Below are positions 52,369-62,420 of a DNA stretch of 64,000 nucleotides, piece after piece. Position 1 is the first letter of the stretch; every line of letters starts with the position of its first letter. The notes under the pieces were generated by a model, which ran no database searches, had not been told where the DNA came from, and saw only the letters and a program-made list of their open reading frames with translations. The position numbers and the translations under genes were made by a program. The stretch is from Candidatus Obscuribacterales bacterium (GTDB taxonomy: Bacteria > Cyanobacteriota > Vampirovibrionia > Obscuribacterales > Obscuribacteraceae). The stretch covers positions 1,536,001 through 1,600,000 of the forward strand of contig CBDDIJ010000005.1 in the NCBI GenBank assembly GCA_965228855.1, written 5' to 3'.

Positions 52369-52941
52369 ATGGTAATGCCAGAAAACATGCTTAATCTCTC
52401 AGTCGAGGAATATCTCGACTTTGAGCTACAAAGCGACGGAAGGCATGAGTTCGTGGACGGCGCAGTATATGCCATGACCGGCGCAACGGAAGCTCACAAC
52501 ATAATCGTCGGAAACTTTTTTTCTCTGATTCGATCACACATCAAAGGCTCTAATTGCCGCGTTTTTGCTAATGATATGAAGGTTCATGTTCTGGACGCGA
52601 ACTGCTTCTATTACCCTGACATTATGATGACTTGCGAACCCTTCGACGCTAAATCGGTTTCCAAAAGCGCTCCCAGTTTCATTTGCGAAGTTCTGTCTCC
52701 ATCGACGTCGAACGTAGACCTTCGAGAGAAACGACAAGCGTATCGACAATTGAACTCGCTTAGACAATACGCGATCGTTCACCAGGACCATCGAGAAGTA
52801 CTGCTCTACCAACGAGTGGAAGCCCGCCGGTGGACAGTGAACACTTTTCGGAATACAGAAGAATTTATTCTCACGGCGATGCCGAACCATGACCTCAGGG
52901 TCTCGTTAGATTCAATCTATGAAGACACTGATTTGAAGTGA
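52369..52941 (+). CDS. Uma2 family (DUF820) putative endonuclease
   Basis: EEYL..E...RHEFVDG.VYAMTG, HN, YYPD, EVLSPST...D..EK...Y. Confidence 0.92.
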   Translation: MVMPENMLNLSVEEYLDFELQSDGRHEFVDGAVYAMTGATEAHNIIVGNFFSLIRSHIKGSNCRVFANDMKVHVLDANCFYYPDIMMTCEPFDAKSVSKSAPSFICEVLSPSTSNVDLREKRQAYRQLNSLRQYAIVHQDHREVLLYQRVEARRWTVNTFRNTEEFILTAMPNHDLRVSLDSIYEDTDLK

Positions 52942-53098
52942 AGAGCTGGAGTCAAGCCCATAGCGAACACCCATAACCGCAGCCCGAACTCAGGCAAATA
53001 ACGAACCATAAACGCAGTCCGAGCTCACGCCGCCAGGAACTACCGCATCAGCCCCCCACGGCCTTGCTGTCGAGAAGACTGCGGCGAGTCGTCTTATG

Positions 53099-54703
53099 CT
53101 ACTCCCATTCAATCGTTGCTGGAGGCTTCGATGTCACATCGTACATAACCCTGTTGATGCCTGGAACTTCGTTGACGATTCTGCTTGAGATAGTCTCAAG
53201 CAGATCGTATGGAAGTCGAGCCCAGTCAGCAGTCATGCCATCCTCGCTGGTGACGGCGCGGATAACAATCTGGTTCATGTATGTTCTCTGATCGCCCATC
53301 ACGCCGACTGAAAGAGTCGGGAGGAGGATACCAAACATTTGCCATACCTGACGGTACAAGCCGTGTGATTTAACTTCTTCGCGAATGATCCAGTCAGCTT
53401 CGCGAAGAGTCTTCAACCGCTCCTTGGTGATTTCGCCGACGACTCTGATTGCCAGACCGGGACCTGGGAATGGATGACGAACCACAATGCCCTCGGGCAC
53501 ATCCAGCTCGCGAGCGAGAAGACGGACCTCGTCTTTGAACAGCTTTGCGAATGGCTCGACTAACTTGAATTGCAAATTCTTTGGAAGACCGCCCACATTG
53601 TGGTGCGACTTGATTTTGACTGCAATACGCTCGCCGGTTTTTGGATCGATGCGCGTTCCAGCCGACTCGATTACGTCCGGATACAAGGTTCCCTGCGCGA
53701 GGTAATCAAACGGTCCGAGCTTTGCAGACTCTTCATCGAAAACTTCGATGAACTCTTTGCCAATGATTTTGCGCTTTTGCTCAGGATCAGTAATGCCGGC
53801 TAGTTTAGAGATAAACCGTTCGCGTGCTTTGATGAACTGCACTGGAATCTTGAACTCTGCGAACTTCTCAACCAGCCACTCGGGCTCGTTTTTGCGCATG
53901 AAACCTTGATCGATAAACATGCACGTTAGTCTATCCCCAATCGCCTTATGAAGGAGGAAAGCCAATGTCGAACTATCCACACCACCGGACAAAGCAAGCA
54001 AGATGCGCTTGTCGCCTACTTGTTCGCGGACCTTAGCGATCGCTTGATCGACATATTTGTCCATCGTCCAGCTCTGAGTACAACCACAAACGTTAACGAC
54101 AAAGTTCTCCAACACTTGCTGCCCACCGCGTGTGTGTACGACCTCGGGGTGGAACTGAACGCCGTACATTCCGCGCTCTTCATCAGCGATTGCCGCAACC
54201 GCTGTCGCAAGAGTTCTACCGATTACTTCAAAACCTTCGGGTAATTCAGTTACGCTATCACCGTGGCTCATCCAGCTTTCGAGCGTTGATTCCATGCCCT
54301 CGAAAAGTTTTCCATGATGGGTGATGGTCAGCAGTGCGCGACCGTACTCACGCACATCGCCTGGTTCTACAGTGCCACCGAGGTCATGCGCCATGAGCTG
54401 CATCCCATAGCAAACACCGAGGATGGGAAGACCCATCGTCCAGATTGCCGGGTCCAGCTTAGGAGCAAACTCATCGTAACAACTGTTCGGACCGCCGGAC
54501 AAAATAATTCCTTTGGGATTCAGTCGTTTGAGTTCTTCGCAAGATACGCTGAACGGCAGCATCTCGGAATATGTTTTTGTTTCTCGAACTCGCCTTGCAA
54601 TAAGCTGTGAGTATTGCGATCCAAAATCAAGAATCGCAATCGAGTCGGTCAAACAATTGTCGGCAAGTATTTCTTGTCCGGGATTAGCCTGTGTTGAGGT
54701 CAC
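53099..54703 (-). CDS. guaA: GMP synthase (glutamine-hydrolysing)
   Basis: [56 protein letters not shown] start after AAGGAG. Confidence 0.97.
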   Translation of the reverse strand: MTSTQANPGQEILADNCLTDSIAILDFGSQYSQLIARRVRETKTYSEMLPFSVSCEELKRLNPKGIILSGGPNSCYDEFAPKLDPAIWTMGLPILGVCYGMQLMAHDLGGTVEPGDVREYGRALLTITHHGKLFEGMESTLESWMSHGDSVTELPEGFEVIGRTLATAVAAIADEERGMYGVQFHPEVVHTRGGQQVLENFVVNVCGCTQSWTMDKYVDQAIAKVREQVGDKRILLALSGGVDSSTLAFLLHKAIGDRLTCMFIDQGFMRKNEPEWLVEKFAEFKIPVQFIKARERFISKLAGITDPEQKRKIIGKEFIEVFDEESAKLGPFDYLAQGTLYPDVIESAGTRIDPKTGERIAVKIKSHHNVGGLPKNLQFKLVEPFAKLFKDEVRLLARELDVPEGIVVRHPFPGPGLAIRVVGEITKERLKTLREADWIIREEVKSHGLYRQVWQMFGILLPTLSVGVMGDQRTYMNQIVIRAVTSEDGMTADWARLPYDLLETISSRIVNEVPGINRVMYDVTSKPPATIEWE

Positions 54704-54829
54704 CTTGCTCTCCTTGCAAACTGGCAGTGAGGACGGTTTGAGAATAAGTAGAAGTATCGCAAATCGGGTATGTTTATGATCGCCAAAGTGGCGCTCGACA
54801 AGCAAAAGTTTTCAAAAGGCCGATTGCAT

Positions 54830-55333
54830 ATGCACCGACGGGTCGCGGAATCGAATTTCTCGTACGAACATCTTCCAAATCTTCAGTTCGTGGGCGCGGA
54901 ACTCTGGCGTGGCGGTCAGCCTCATAGCGAAGGGTTTATCAAGCTAAAAGAGAAGGGCGTAAAAACAATCGTCAATCTGCGTGAAGAGCCGAATCTCATA
55001 GCTGGGGAGCGCGCCATTGTCCAGGAGCTTGGTCTTGACTACATCTCGATCCCACTGCGCCCGTTTGATATTCCGGATGATCACAAAGTGGAGCAGTTTT
55101 TAGAACTGATGAAGGAGGCGAAGACGCATTCGGTTTTCGTTCATTGCCTGCATGGAATGGACAGAACCGGCTTGATGTGTGCGATCTATCGCATGAGCGC
55201 ACATGATTGGACATTTCGCGACGCTTACGATGAGATGCTGAGATTCGGATTCCATGAGGCTTTCGACAATCTGCGCGGAGTTGTTGTCAAGCATGCAAAG
55301 AGTTGGAACAAAATTCCGCACGATTTCGAGTGA
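54830..55333 (+). CDS. Dual-specificity/tyrosine protein phosphatase (Siw14/plant-and-fungi atypical DSP-like)
   Basis: RGGQP, IVNLR, HCLHGMDRTG (CX5R). Confidence 0.88.
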   Translation: MHRRVAESNFSYEHLPNLQFVGAELWRGGQPHSEGFIKLKEKGVKTIVNLREEPNLIAGERAIVQELGLDYISIPLRPFDIPDDHKVEQFLELMKEAKTHSVFVHCLHGMDRTGLMCAIYRMSAHDWTFRDAYDEMLRFGFHEAFDNLRGVVVKHAKSWNKIPHDFE

Positions 55334-55972
55334 GCGAAGAACGGCTTTACAAGCCATTCATCAAACGCGCGGGAACGAACGATATCAAAATGCACTCCAA
55401 TCGATATACACAACCGGTAAATATCACGAGCGCCAACTGCCGCTGGCTATGGGGTTTTCCACTATTAGCGCAGCCGCGCAAAGACCGTCCTAAATTAACA
55501 GTGCTGTAGGCTTTACAACCCGCAGCTCGCTAAAAGGCATTAAGTGCAAGGGTTTCCGCAAGCCGCACCAATGTAAACCTGAACTACTTTTGAGTAGCAG
55601 TGCTGGAAAGACAGTCATTAGTCTGTGTCGTCTACTCGTTTCTATCGATACGTGCCTACAACTCGATTCCGCTTCCAACCCTGAACTGAACATATGTTCG
55701 CTCGAGAACCTTGCCCACCAAAGGCAAGCGTTGGGATCCAGCTACGATGCGTCGCTACCTGACAGGGCGATTGCGTTTAGAAGCAGAACCTCAATGCGAG
55801 CATGACATCACAGTCGGCTCCGGGATTGCCCCATACGGCAGGCGGATTCGAACAACTGATTGGCACGGATCTTGCGGATGGATTTCGTCGGTTTCGCTGG
55901 TAGACCGGAACCCAATTGAGATAGCGAATCCCACAGCAGGATATCCCTGCTAACTACTAAGGTAACAACGAA

Positions 55973-57640
55973 ATGTCGACTCAGAATCACGACGCTCGCC
56001 CCGACGCCATCACGTCCGACAACGCCTCCACGGTCGAACTGACGGCTTATCAGAGCGGTCCCGCGGTCATCCGTGAGACCCGCGTGCTCCAGCTCCCTGC
56101 AGGTCGCTCCCGTGTCTTCATCGGCGGTCTGCCGAAGCGCTTCGTTCCGAACAGCCAGACCATCGTCTCCGTCGCCGGCTCGGGCACCTTCCGCGTCGGT
56201 CAGCGCTCGCTGCGCCCCGCCAATCTGACCCAGCAGACCATGCTCGCCCAGTCCGTCGGCAGCAAGATCACGTTGATCGAAGAGACCAAGGCCGGCAACG
56301 AACGCCGCATCACCGGCACCCTCGAGCACATCGTCGACAACCGCATCGCGGTGCTGCGCGTCCGGGGCGGCAAGGTCCTCGTCGTCCCCATCACTGCGAA
56401 GTTCGAACTCGGCAACGTCCCCGCCGGTCTCTCCAACCTCACCGTCCTCGCCATGGAGCCGAACGTCGAGAAGGCGGGCGAGTTCCACCTGAAGCTGCTC
56501 TACGAGTCCGAGGGCGTCAACTGGACCCCCTGGTACGAGGTGTTCTACAACCAGAAGGCCGGCAAGCTCGAACGCTTCGCCTGCTACGTCGACCTCGGCA
56601 ACGAATCCGGCACCGATTTCCCGGACGCCGGCATCAAGCTAATCGCCGGTCACAACGAATCCGACGCCGCCAACCGGGCTCGCTCCAAGGGCATCCGCGC
56701 CGCGGCCGCTCCGATGATGGCCATGTCTGCCATGGGTGGCGGTCGCGGTGGGCTCGAGAGCGCCGACTTCTCGGTCGACTCCGCCGAATCGGAGAGCGTC
56801 GGCGAGCAGAAGATGTACCGCCTGACCGACCGCGTCACGCTCGAGAACGGCGTCCCCAACAGCCCGGCGCTCGTCTTCTTCGGAAGCGTCCCGGTCGTGC
56901 ACGAGTACCACGCCAACAACCCCGGTCAGTACTTCCGGCTCGACGGCGACAACCCCGCCGACCTGCCCAAGCTGCCCGTCTCGGTGAAGCTGCGCCTCTG
57001 CAACAGCGACGCCAACGGTCTGGGCGCCCCGCTGCCTCCGGGTGATGTTCGCATCTTCGAAGCCGACAGTCAGGGCGAACTGCAGAAGACCGACAGCGCC
57101 TACCTCGGCGGACACATCGCCGTCGGCGAGGAGTTCAGCATCGACCTGCGCAACCCGGCGCGCGACATCAAGGTTACTCGCCAGCAGGTCTCCTACAAGG
57201 AAGACCCCAAGCCGGTCGAAGAGGAAGAGGTCGTCGAAACCGAAGGTGACGGCAGCGATGAATCCGTGACCATGCGCCCGATGGTCGGCGTCACTGGCGG
57301 TCCGAATGTCGGTCGTCCCGACTTCGGTCGCCGCTCCGAGATCCTCGAACACGCACCCACGAGCGACGGCAAGGAGAAGAAGAAGCTCAAGCCGAAGCCC
57401 CGGTTCGCCGAGGAGACCCGCGAAATCACGGTCTACAACTACAAGGACACGGGCGTCGAAGTGGTAATCCACGACTACGTTCCCGCCGACGCCGAGCTGC
57501 TCGACAAGTCGCACGAATTCATCAAGTTCGGCGACAGCACCGGCACGGGCACTTTCCGCGTCGAGGTCCCGGGCAAAAACGAGTCGGCGATCGCCGGTGA
57601 GTTCAAGGTCCGCTACGGCATCCGCTACCGCATCAACTGA
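55973..57640 (+). CDS. DUF4139-domain protein
   Basis: LTAYQSG.AVIRE.R, W.P.Y, N.SG.DF, MAMSAM, Y.L...VTL, GLGAPLPPG.VR, EIT..N.K; strongly C/G-ending codons. Confidence 0.82.
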   Translation: MSTQNHDARPDAITSDNASTVELTAYQSGPAVIRETRVLQLPAGRSRVFIGGLPKRFVPNSQTIVSVAGSGTFRVGQRSLRPANLTQQTMLAQSVGSKITLIEETKAGNERRITGTLEHIVDNRIAVLRVRGGKVLVVPITAKFELGNVPAGLSNLTVLAMEPNVEKAGEFHLKLLYESEGVNWTPWYEVFYNQKAGKLERFACYVDLGNESGTDFPDAGIKLIAGHNESDAANRARSKGIRAAAAPMMAMSAMGGGRGGLESADFSVDSAESESVGEQKMYRLTDRVTLENGVPNSPALVFFGSVPVVHEYHANNPGQYFRLDGDNPADLPKLPVSVKLRLCNSDANGLGAPLPPGDVRIFEADSQGELQKTDSAYLGGHIAVGEEFSIDLRNPARDIKVTRQQVSYKEDPKPVEEEEVVETEGDGSDESVTMRPMVGVTGGPNVGRPDFGRRSEILEHAPTSDGKEKKKLKPKPRFAEETREITVYNYKDTGVEVVIHDYVPADAELLDKSHEFIKFGDSTGTGTFRVEVPGKNESAIAGEFKVRYGIRYRIN

Positions 57641-57670
57641 GCTCATCTCCGGCTGAGCTGAGATAAGGGA

Positions 57671-57700
57671 GGGAGGCATTCTTCGGGATGCCTCCCTTTT
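57671..57700 (+). terminator. Intrinsic terminator
   Basis: gggaggcattc-TTCG-ggatgcctccc (cUUCGg tetraloop) followed by tttt. Confidence 0.88.
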
Positions 57701-57797
57701 CATTCAAAGTCACATCCGACGCGCCGGTTCGTTCAACAGTTATCGCCTCAGGCACTGTTGCTTGCGAACTCGCGCTGTCAACTCACAGGAGAATCCC

Positions 57798-58307
57798 ATG
57801 TCACATGAACATGAAGGTTGCTGCGGTTGCTCAGGCGACCCAGTGGAACACGAACGCGAATTCGCCGACGCCATGCGTCGCCAGGCCCAGGGCTACCTCA
57901 ATCCGGAACAGCTCCCGCTCGCCCGCGCCATGCTCACCGCTTCTCGAACGGTTCTGGCCGCGCGCGGCGGAATCATCGGCGAGAAGGGCGTCTGGTTGCT
58001 CGTCGCCGAAGCGCATCTGCCGGAAATCGAAGGCAATTCGGCTCAGGCTCTGGTCGAACACCAGGCTGCGCTCGCCCTCAGCGAGAAGGAACTCGGCGCC
58101 GAACACCTCGGCACCGGTGTCTGCCTCCTCAACGTCGCCGAAGCACTGACCAACCTCGACCGCGCCAAGGAAGCGAAACCGCTCTATGAGCGCGCCCACA
58201 AGATCCTGAAGAAGGTCGCCGCCGGCTACAAGGACACCGACGAATACCTGAGCAACTTCGCCGATGAAGCAGCCAATGCGGCTCTCATCGGCTTCGAATC
58301 GATCTGA
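57798..58307 (+). CDS. Tetratricopeptide-repeat protein (kinesin-light-chain type TPR)
   Basis: CAGGAG RBS; EKELGAEHLGTGVCLLNVAEAL...EAKPLYERAHKI; N-terminal HEHEGCCGC. Confidence 0.75.
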   Translation: MSHEHEGCCGCSGDPVEHEREFADAMRRQAQGYLNPEQLPLARAMLTASRTVLAARGGIIGEKGVWLLVAEAHLPEIEGNSAQALVEHQAALALSEKELGAEHLGTGVCLLNVAEALTNLDRAKEAKPLYERAHKILKKVAAGYKDTDEYLSNFADEAANAALIGFESI

Positions 58308-58315
58308 CGCTTCCG

Positions 58316-58346
58316 TGCATCTCGGTCCCCCACCGAGATGCATTTT
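58316..58346 (+). terminator. Intrinsic terminator
   Basis: tgcatctcggt / accgagatgca 11-bp stem followed by tttt. Confidence 0.85.
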
Positions 58347-58356
58347 CCAGATCCGT

Positions 58357-58557
58357 CTACTATATGCCGACGTTCCCCTCCTGCTCGAAGACAGCCTCCC
58401 AAAAGCCTCCCTACTATATGCCGACGTGCTTCTCCCGTCCGAAGATAGCCTCTGCAAGCCGCTTTTCGAGCCCTCCCCGCCTCATAGCCGCTCAAAAAAG
58501 CCACTTTGTCTACGCCTCATTGCCGGATTTCGCCAATTCCGTCTACGCCTCGTAGCC
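58357..58557. repeat. Intergenic direct repeats (54-nt period pair, then three cgcctc(a/g)t(a/t)gcc units)
   Basis: ctactatatgccgacgt at 58357 and 58411; cgcctcatagcc / gtctacgcctcattgcc / gtctacgcctcgtagcc at about 58478, 58508 and 58541. Confidence 0.75.
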
Positions 58558-58660
58558 AACCCTCACCCCCAAGATTTCCGTACGTCACCGAAACCTCGGC
58601 GCTGCAATCATCTCGAGCGTTTTCTACTTACTTTATCCTATAGTAGCAAATCTTATGGAA

Positions 58661-58693
58661 GCAAGAGCACCCGAAGAAATCGGGTGCTCTTGC
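58661..58693 (-). terminator. Strong hairpin downstream of the minus-strand gene, probable (possibly bidirectional) terminator
   Basis: gcaagagcacccga / tcgggtgctcttgc perfect 14-bp stem; weak U-tract. Confidence 0.65.
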
Positions 58694-58781
58694 CTTTGTG
58701 CGGTCAGCATGACGAGAGCGTTGGTCACTTACCGACCCAACGCCATGGCGACGCCGACTTTACTTCACTGCCGGACGAACC

Positions 58782-59543
58782 TTATCGCCAGGCGTACCCG
58801 ACAGTTCCGGTAATGGAGCCGGCGGGAATCTTCTTGTCGTAGCCGGGAACCGTGATGCCATCCACTTCGCACTTCACCTGACGCAACCCCTCGACCGAGT
58901 CGACAACGACAACAGCGGGCTCGCCAGATTCGCCGGGCAACTCGCGAACGAGCAGCACGAGAATCGCGAAAGTGTTCGGATTCGGCGACTTGGCGGATTC
59001 ACCGAGCATCAACAGCAGCTCCGATGACGCTCCGTTGAAGCGCCAATCGCGACCACGAGTTGCGTAGTAGCCGTTGCGGTTGAAACTGGCATTGTTGTAC
59101 GCCTTCTCCGCCGCCTTGTACTTCGCCCTGGTGCTGTCGCCGTCGAACCTGGTCACGCCATTCTTGACGGCGTAGTTCTTGGGCACGCGCGGAGGACGAG
59201 TGGTGAGGAAGCGGAAGCCTGCCAGAACGACGCCCAGACCCATGCCGTAAGCAGCCGGAACCAACGCGCCTGTCGAGCCGAACAGGAACACGCCGCCGAC
59301 AAAAGCCGCAGCTGCGACGCCCCAGATGGCAGCGCCACCGAGGTCGAACTTGGAGCCAGCGTATTCGTCGTTGGGAGGAAAGCTGCCGAGCATGAAGCCG
59401 AGGAAACCGGCGATGCCCGCAGCCCACAGCACCGAAGAAGAGATTGGGTCCGCCGCGGCAGCGCCGTCAGTAGCTTGAGCCGCAGCGGGAAGAGCGGCGA
59501 GGAGAACGGTCGCAAACGCGCCCGCCAAAGTTGAGATTCGCAT
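58782..59543 (-). CDS. Hypothetical membrane protein with signal peptide and three TMs
   Basis: GGAG RBS, MRISTLAG...AAAQA signal, hydrophobic segments, C/G-ending codon bias. Confidence 0.75.
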   Translation of the reverse strand: MRISTLAGAFATVLLAALPAAAQATDGAAAADPISSSVLWAAGIAGFLGFMLGSFPPNDEYAGSKFDLGGAAIWGVAAAAFVGGVFLFGSTGALVPAAYGMGLGVVLAGFRFLTTRPPRVPKNYAVKNGVTRFDGDSTRAKYKAAEKAYNNASFNRNGYYATRGRDWRFNGASSELLLMLGESAKSPNPNTFAILVLLVRELPGESGEPAVVVVDSVEGLRQVKCEVDGITVPGYDKKIPAGSITGTVGYAWR

Positions 59544-59730
59544 ATTCACTCCAGTCATGATTCTCCGCGACGCCAACAGTCGAGTGACGCGCGGAAGTTT
59601 GAAGCCTGAGCTTCAAGAAAGTTCTCCAGCTCGATGAATCCCACGACACGATGAATCCCGCGGCACGACAATGCTCAACGGAGGTTCATTTGTGCGGCGC
59701 GGACTTAAGTTTCAGGTGCTAACAAACTCA

Positions 59731-59745
59731 AGTTTTCAAAGAGTG
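59731..59745 (-). promoter_or_regulatory. boxA-like antitermination motif in a long leader
   Basis: Minus strand reads cactctttgaaaact, closely resembling the TCTTTGAAAAC type of rrn boxA. Confidence 0.35.
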
Positions 59746-60001
59746 GATCGCCTCAAAATACGCGGACACTACGGGCAAGATCCAGCGATATTAATCAAAA
59801 GCTTGATTTGATATTGCTAAGGCGATTCGGCAAGAAACACAATCGCCACCAACCCACAAGCGAAAACCGCTTCGCGCCAGCGATGCGAACTCGCGCTAGC
59901 TTGTCTGCCATCCGCGAGCCTGTCTCCGAATCGGCAAACCGTTCCCACTGTCTCGGACCGTCCCACTGTCCCGCACGGTCACACGGTAAAAGCCCATCCG
60001 A

Positions 60002-60318
60002 ACGCTAGAAAGCGGTCCGCTAGGCAGGAAACAACCCGCTCAGACGCCGTTGACTCCCAGTGTGTAAAAAACCGATCCAAAATCGATGCAAAGATGGCCC
60101 ATTTTCCCCACACTCCGACAAAAACAGTCGGAGCTAGCTGAATAAGCGGAACGAGCGGAAGAAACGGAGCAAGCAAGCGATAAAGAGGCCCGCACGCTAG
60201 AAAGCGGTCCGCTCGGCAGGAAACAACCCGCTCAGACTCCATTGACTCCCACTGTGTAAAAAACCGATCCAAAATCGATGCAAAGATGGCCCATTTTCCC
60301 CACACTCCGACGAAAACA
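60002..60318. repeat. Two 125-nt direct repeats (192-nt period)
   Basis: 60002-60126 versus 60194-60318, 5 mismatches by manual alignment. Confidence 0.95.
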
Positions 60319-60357
60319 TGAGACTACAGGCGCCCGGACAAACCAGCGCGCCAACAA

Positions 60358-60413
60358 ACCCGCACGGAAGAACGGCTAACAACGCGCAAGGAAGCACGGC
60401 TAACAACCCGCAC
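60358..60413. repeat. 24-nt tandem repeat (about 2.3 copies)
   Basis: acccgcacggaagaacggctaaca / acgcgcaaggaagcacggctaaca / acccgcac. Confidence 0.75.
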
Positions 60414-60444
60414 ATTCACACACCGCCGATACTGTCAGAAAAGA

Positions 60445-62109
60445 CTAGTTCTTCGCCAGCCGCGCGTTCCACCCTGCCGACGCGCGACTCCATCGCCCGT
60501 CAAACACTTCGGGGCGGTCCACTGTTGCATCGTGGGACTTAAACTCATCGAGCCATCCGCGAAGGGTTGCAGATGCACCGTCCGGCGCACCTCCCGGAAA
60601 ACGGATGATACCGCATACAGTATCACGCACAACACCGGTAGTGCTCGGGCGCGTGAACGCCTGACCAAGAACTCGGCTCACCGCCGCGTCAGCGAAGATG
60701 CGCGCTTCCATCGCAGTCCCGTCGAAACCGAATTCATCCGCCATCGCGACAACGACCTCACTGTCTTCTGCGGCACTTGCCTCTCGAGAAACCACCATCA
60801 AGCGCTCCAGCAGTTTCCCAAAAGATTCTTTGTGCTGTTCCAAAACTGGATTATTAGCGAAATCGCCACGCAGAAGCCCGGCGAAGTGCTCCCTCGCGAC
60901 TGGATTCTTCCAGCCACCACCGCAAAGCGCGAAATAACGCGGCATGGCCAGATGTTCAGGCACCATGGTCAGCGCGTGCACATAAATATAAGCCGAGAAA
61001 TACTCAGCAGTTCGAAGCCGGTCTTCGAAGGAAATCGTCTCGCCATCACAGTTAGCTTCGCCTGTGAGTTCGGGAATCAGACGATACCATTGCGGGTCGG
61101 AGGACTTCGGCGGCGGCTCCAGCAAGTAGTTGCGACCATCCCGGGTTATCACTGCGGTATCGAACAACCGCTCCAGGAGCGCAATGTTGACTTTGCCCTT
61201 GCTGCCGAACTTACCATCACGGTCGCATTCCTCGCCGCGTTCAAGCTGAACAAGCCGGTCCGGATAGTTATTAAACGGTCCCGCGTCCCAACCCATAACC
61301 GACACCTGAGCATCGAACCGTTCCCCAGCGCCACTGCCAGCGGTGCCTGAAATAATCGTAAAATTGCCAGTATTGCCGGCGTTGCAAAACGCAATCGGAA
61401 ATCGTCCGCGCTTGCGCAGCTGTTCCGCCAGGTGTTGATGGTGAACAGGCGCTAGTGGAGCGGCTTCACCGCCATGCATCAAATCGTCGGAACGGAAATC
61501 GTAGACAACCGGAATGCCCGTCAGGTCCGCAAGAGCCTGCCCATCACCAATCTGGACGGTGTAAGTCACATTGGGATCCGCGGTGCGCGCTATCGACGGT
61601 GGAAAATGCGCGCAAGTTTGACCGTGAAAACCAATCACATCTATAGCATCTAAATCATATTCGGAACTCAGCTTTGCATCAGCCTTCGCAAGCGCAATAA
61701 GTTCCTGGATTGCGCCGGCAACAAACCTGATGTATTGGTTTTGCACATCGTCAAAACGGCAATCAGCCGCCCCGCCATCGTCACCGGCAGCCCGCTCATC
61801 AAGCTGGACAACAGACTCTTCCACGCGACCACCAGCAGGTTTATCAAGCCGCAAGACCGCTTCCGCCATGTCACCACCGGCGGTATTAATCACCTCTCGC
61901 ACCGCTCGAAGTCGCTCCGTCAATTTTGCAGGCGATACAACGCTGTGCGACTTCAAATCCGTGATGCTGCCATCTTTGCCAAATCGCGTCAACACTACAT
62001 CGACGCCGTCCAGCGAATTGCCGGTCATTGCACCAATTGCCAGGAGATAGTCGCGTTTGGTCATTGTCTCAGTCGCGGGCGAAGCTTGGTTTTGTGTTTT
62101 CGGCATCAT
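60445..62109 (-). CDS. anmK: Anhydro-N-acetylmuramic acid kinase (with insertions)
   Basis: GAMTGNSLDGVD, IGFHGQT, QIGDG, DFRSDD..HGGEAAPLAP, WDAGPFN, PPKS, CGGGWKN, MEARIFA. Confidence 0.88.
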   Translation of the reverse strand: MMPKTQNQASPATETMTKRDYLLAIGAMTGNSLDGVDVVLTRFGKDGSITDLKSHSVVSPAKLTERLRAVREVINTAGGDMAEAVLRLDKPAGGRVEESVVQLDERAAGDDGGAADCRFDDVQNQYIRFVAGAIQELIALAKADAKLSSEYDLDAIDVIGFHGQTCAHFPPSIARTADPNVTYTVQIGDGQALADLTGIPVVYDFRSDDLMHGGEAAPLAPVHHQHLAEQLRKRGRFPIAFCNAGNTGNFTIISGTAGSGAGERFDAQVSVMGWDAGPFNNYPDRLVQLERGEECDRDGKFGSKGKVNIALLERLFDTAVITRDGRNYLLEPPPKSSDPQWYRLIPELTGEANCDGETISFEDRLRTAEYFSAYIYVHALTMVPEHLAMPRYFALCGGGWKNPVAREHFAGLLRGDFANNPVLEQHKESFGKLLERLMVVSREASAAEDSEVVVAMADEFGFDGTAMEARIFADAAVSRVLGQAFTRPSTTGVVRDTVCGIIRFPGGAPDGASATLRGWLDEFKSHDATVDRPEVFDGRWSRASAGWNARLAKN

Positions 62110-62233
62110 GACAGCCTTTCTAACTTCATTGACCTAAACAGTTTATAGCTATATGTGACTAAACCTCAAGCGCCGATCTAAAACGGCAAACGACAATTGT
62201 TCTACCAACTCCTATAGTATGTGTGCCAGGAGA

Positions 62234-62260
62234 CAAGAACCGGATGGAATCCGGCTCTTG
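62234..62260 (-). terminator. Hairpin downstream of the minus-strand unit, probable terminator
   Basis: Minus strand caagagccgga-ttcca-tccggttcttg; the single non-Watson-Crick pair is a G-U only on the minus strand. Confidence 0.6.
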
Positions 62261-62290
62261 CACTCCTTTCTATCAGGAGCTCACACATAA

Positions 62291-62420
62291 CAGCCCGCGA
62301 ACATAGCCGCAGCTAGTCTCCGCTCCGTCGCTCAGCCCGCGAGCATCGCCTCAGCCAGGCTCCGCGCCGTTGCACAGCCCGCGAACATAGCCTCGACCAG
62401 CCTCCTCTCCGTCGCTCAGG
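62291..62420. repeat. 3 x 42-nt tandem repeat spanning the stop codon of 62351..62674
   Basis: cagcccgcga(a/g)cat(a/c)gcc... units starting at 62291, 62333 and 62375. Confidence 0.85.

Noticed and set aside
52035..52475. 146-aa minus ORF with PQF repeats
   Set aside because: Overlaps Uma2 antisense and derives from the 21-nt DNA repeats; no independent coding support.
52942..53110. Genomic island integrated at the guaA 3' end (a known hotspot)
   Set aside because: No integrase and no duplicated guaA end seen; only Uma2 and a short imperfect repeat lie downstream.
55835..55860. tRNA T-loop-like TTCGAATCC on the minus strand
   Set aside because: Flanks do not form a 5-bp T-stem and no cloverleaf can be built.
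55808..57703. Long antisense ORFs 55808..56488 and 56639..57703
   Set aside because: Shadow frames of the strongly codon-biased DUF4139 gene.
59979..60415. ORFs containing the duplicated WGKWAIFASILDRFF-type peptides
   Set aside because: Explained by the DNA repeats having periods divisible by 3; no convincing RBS or coding-like codon pattern.
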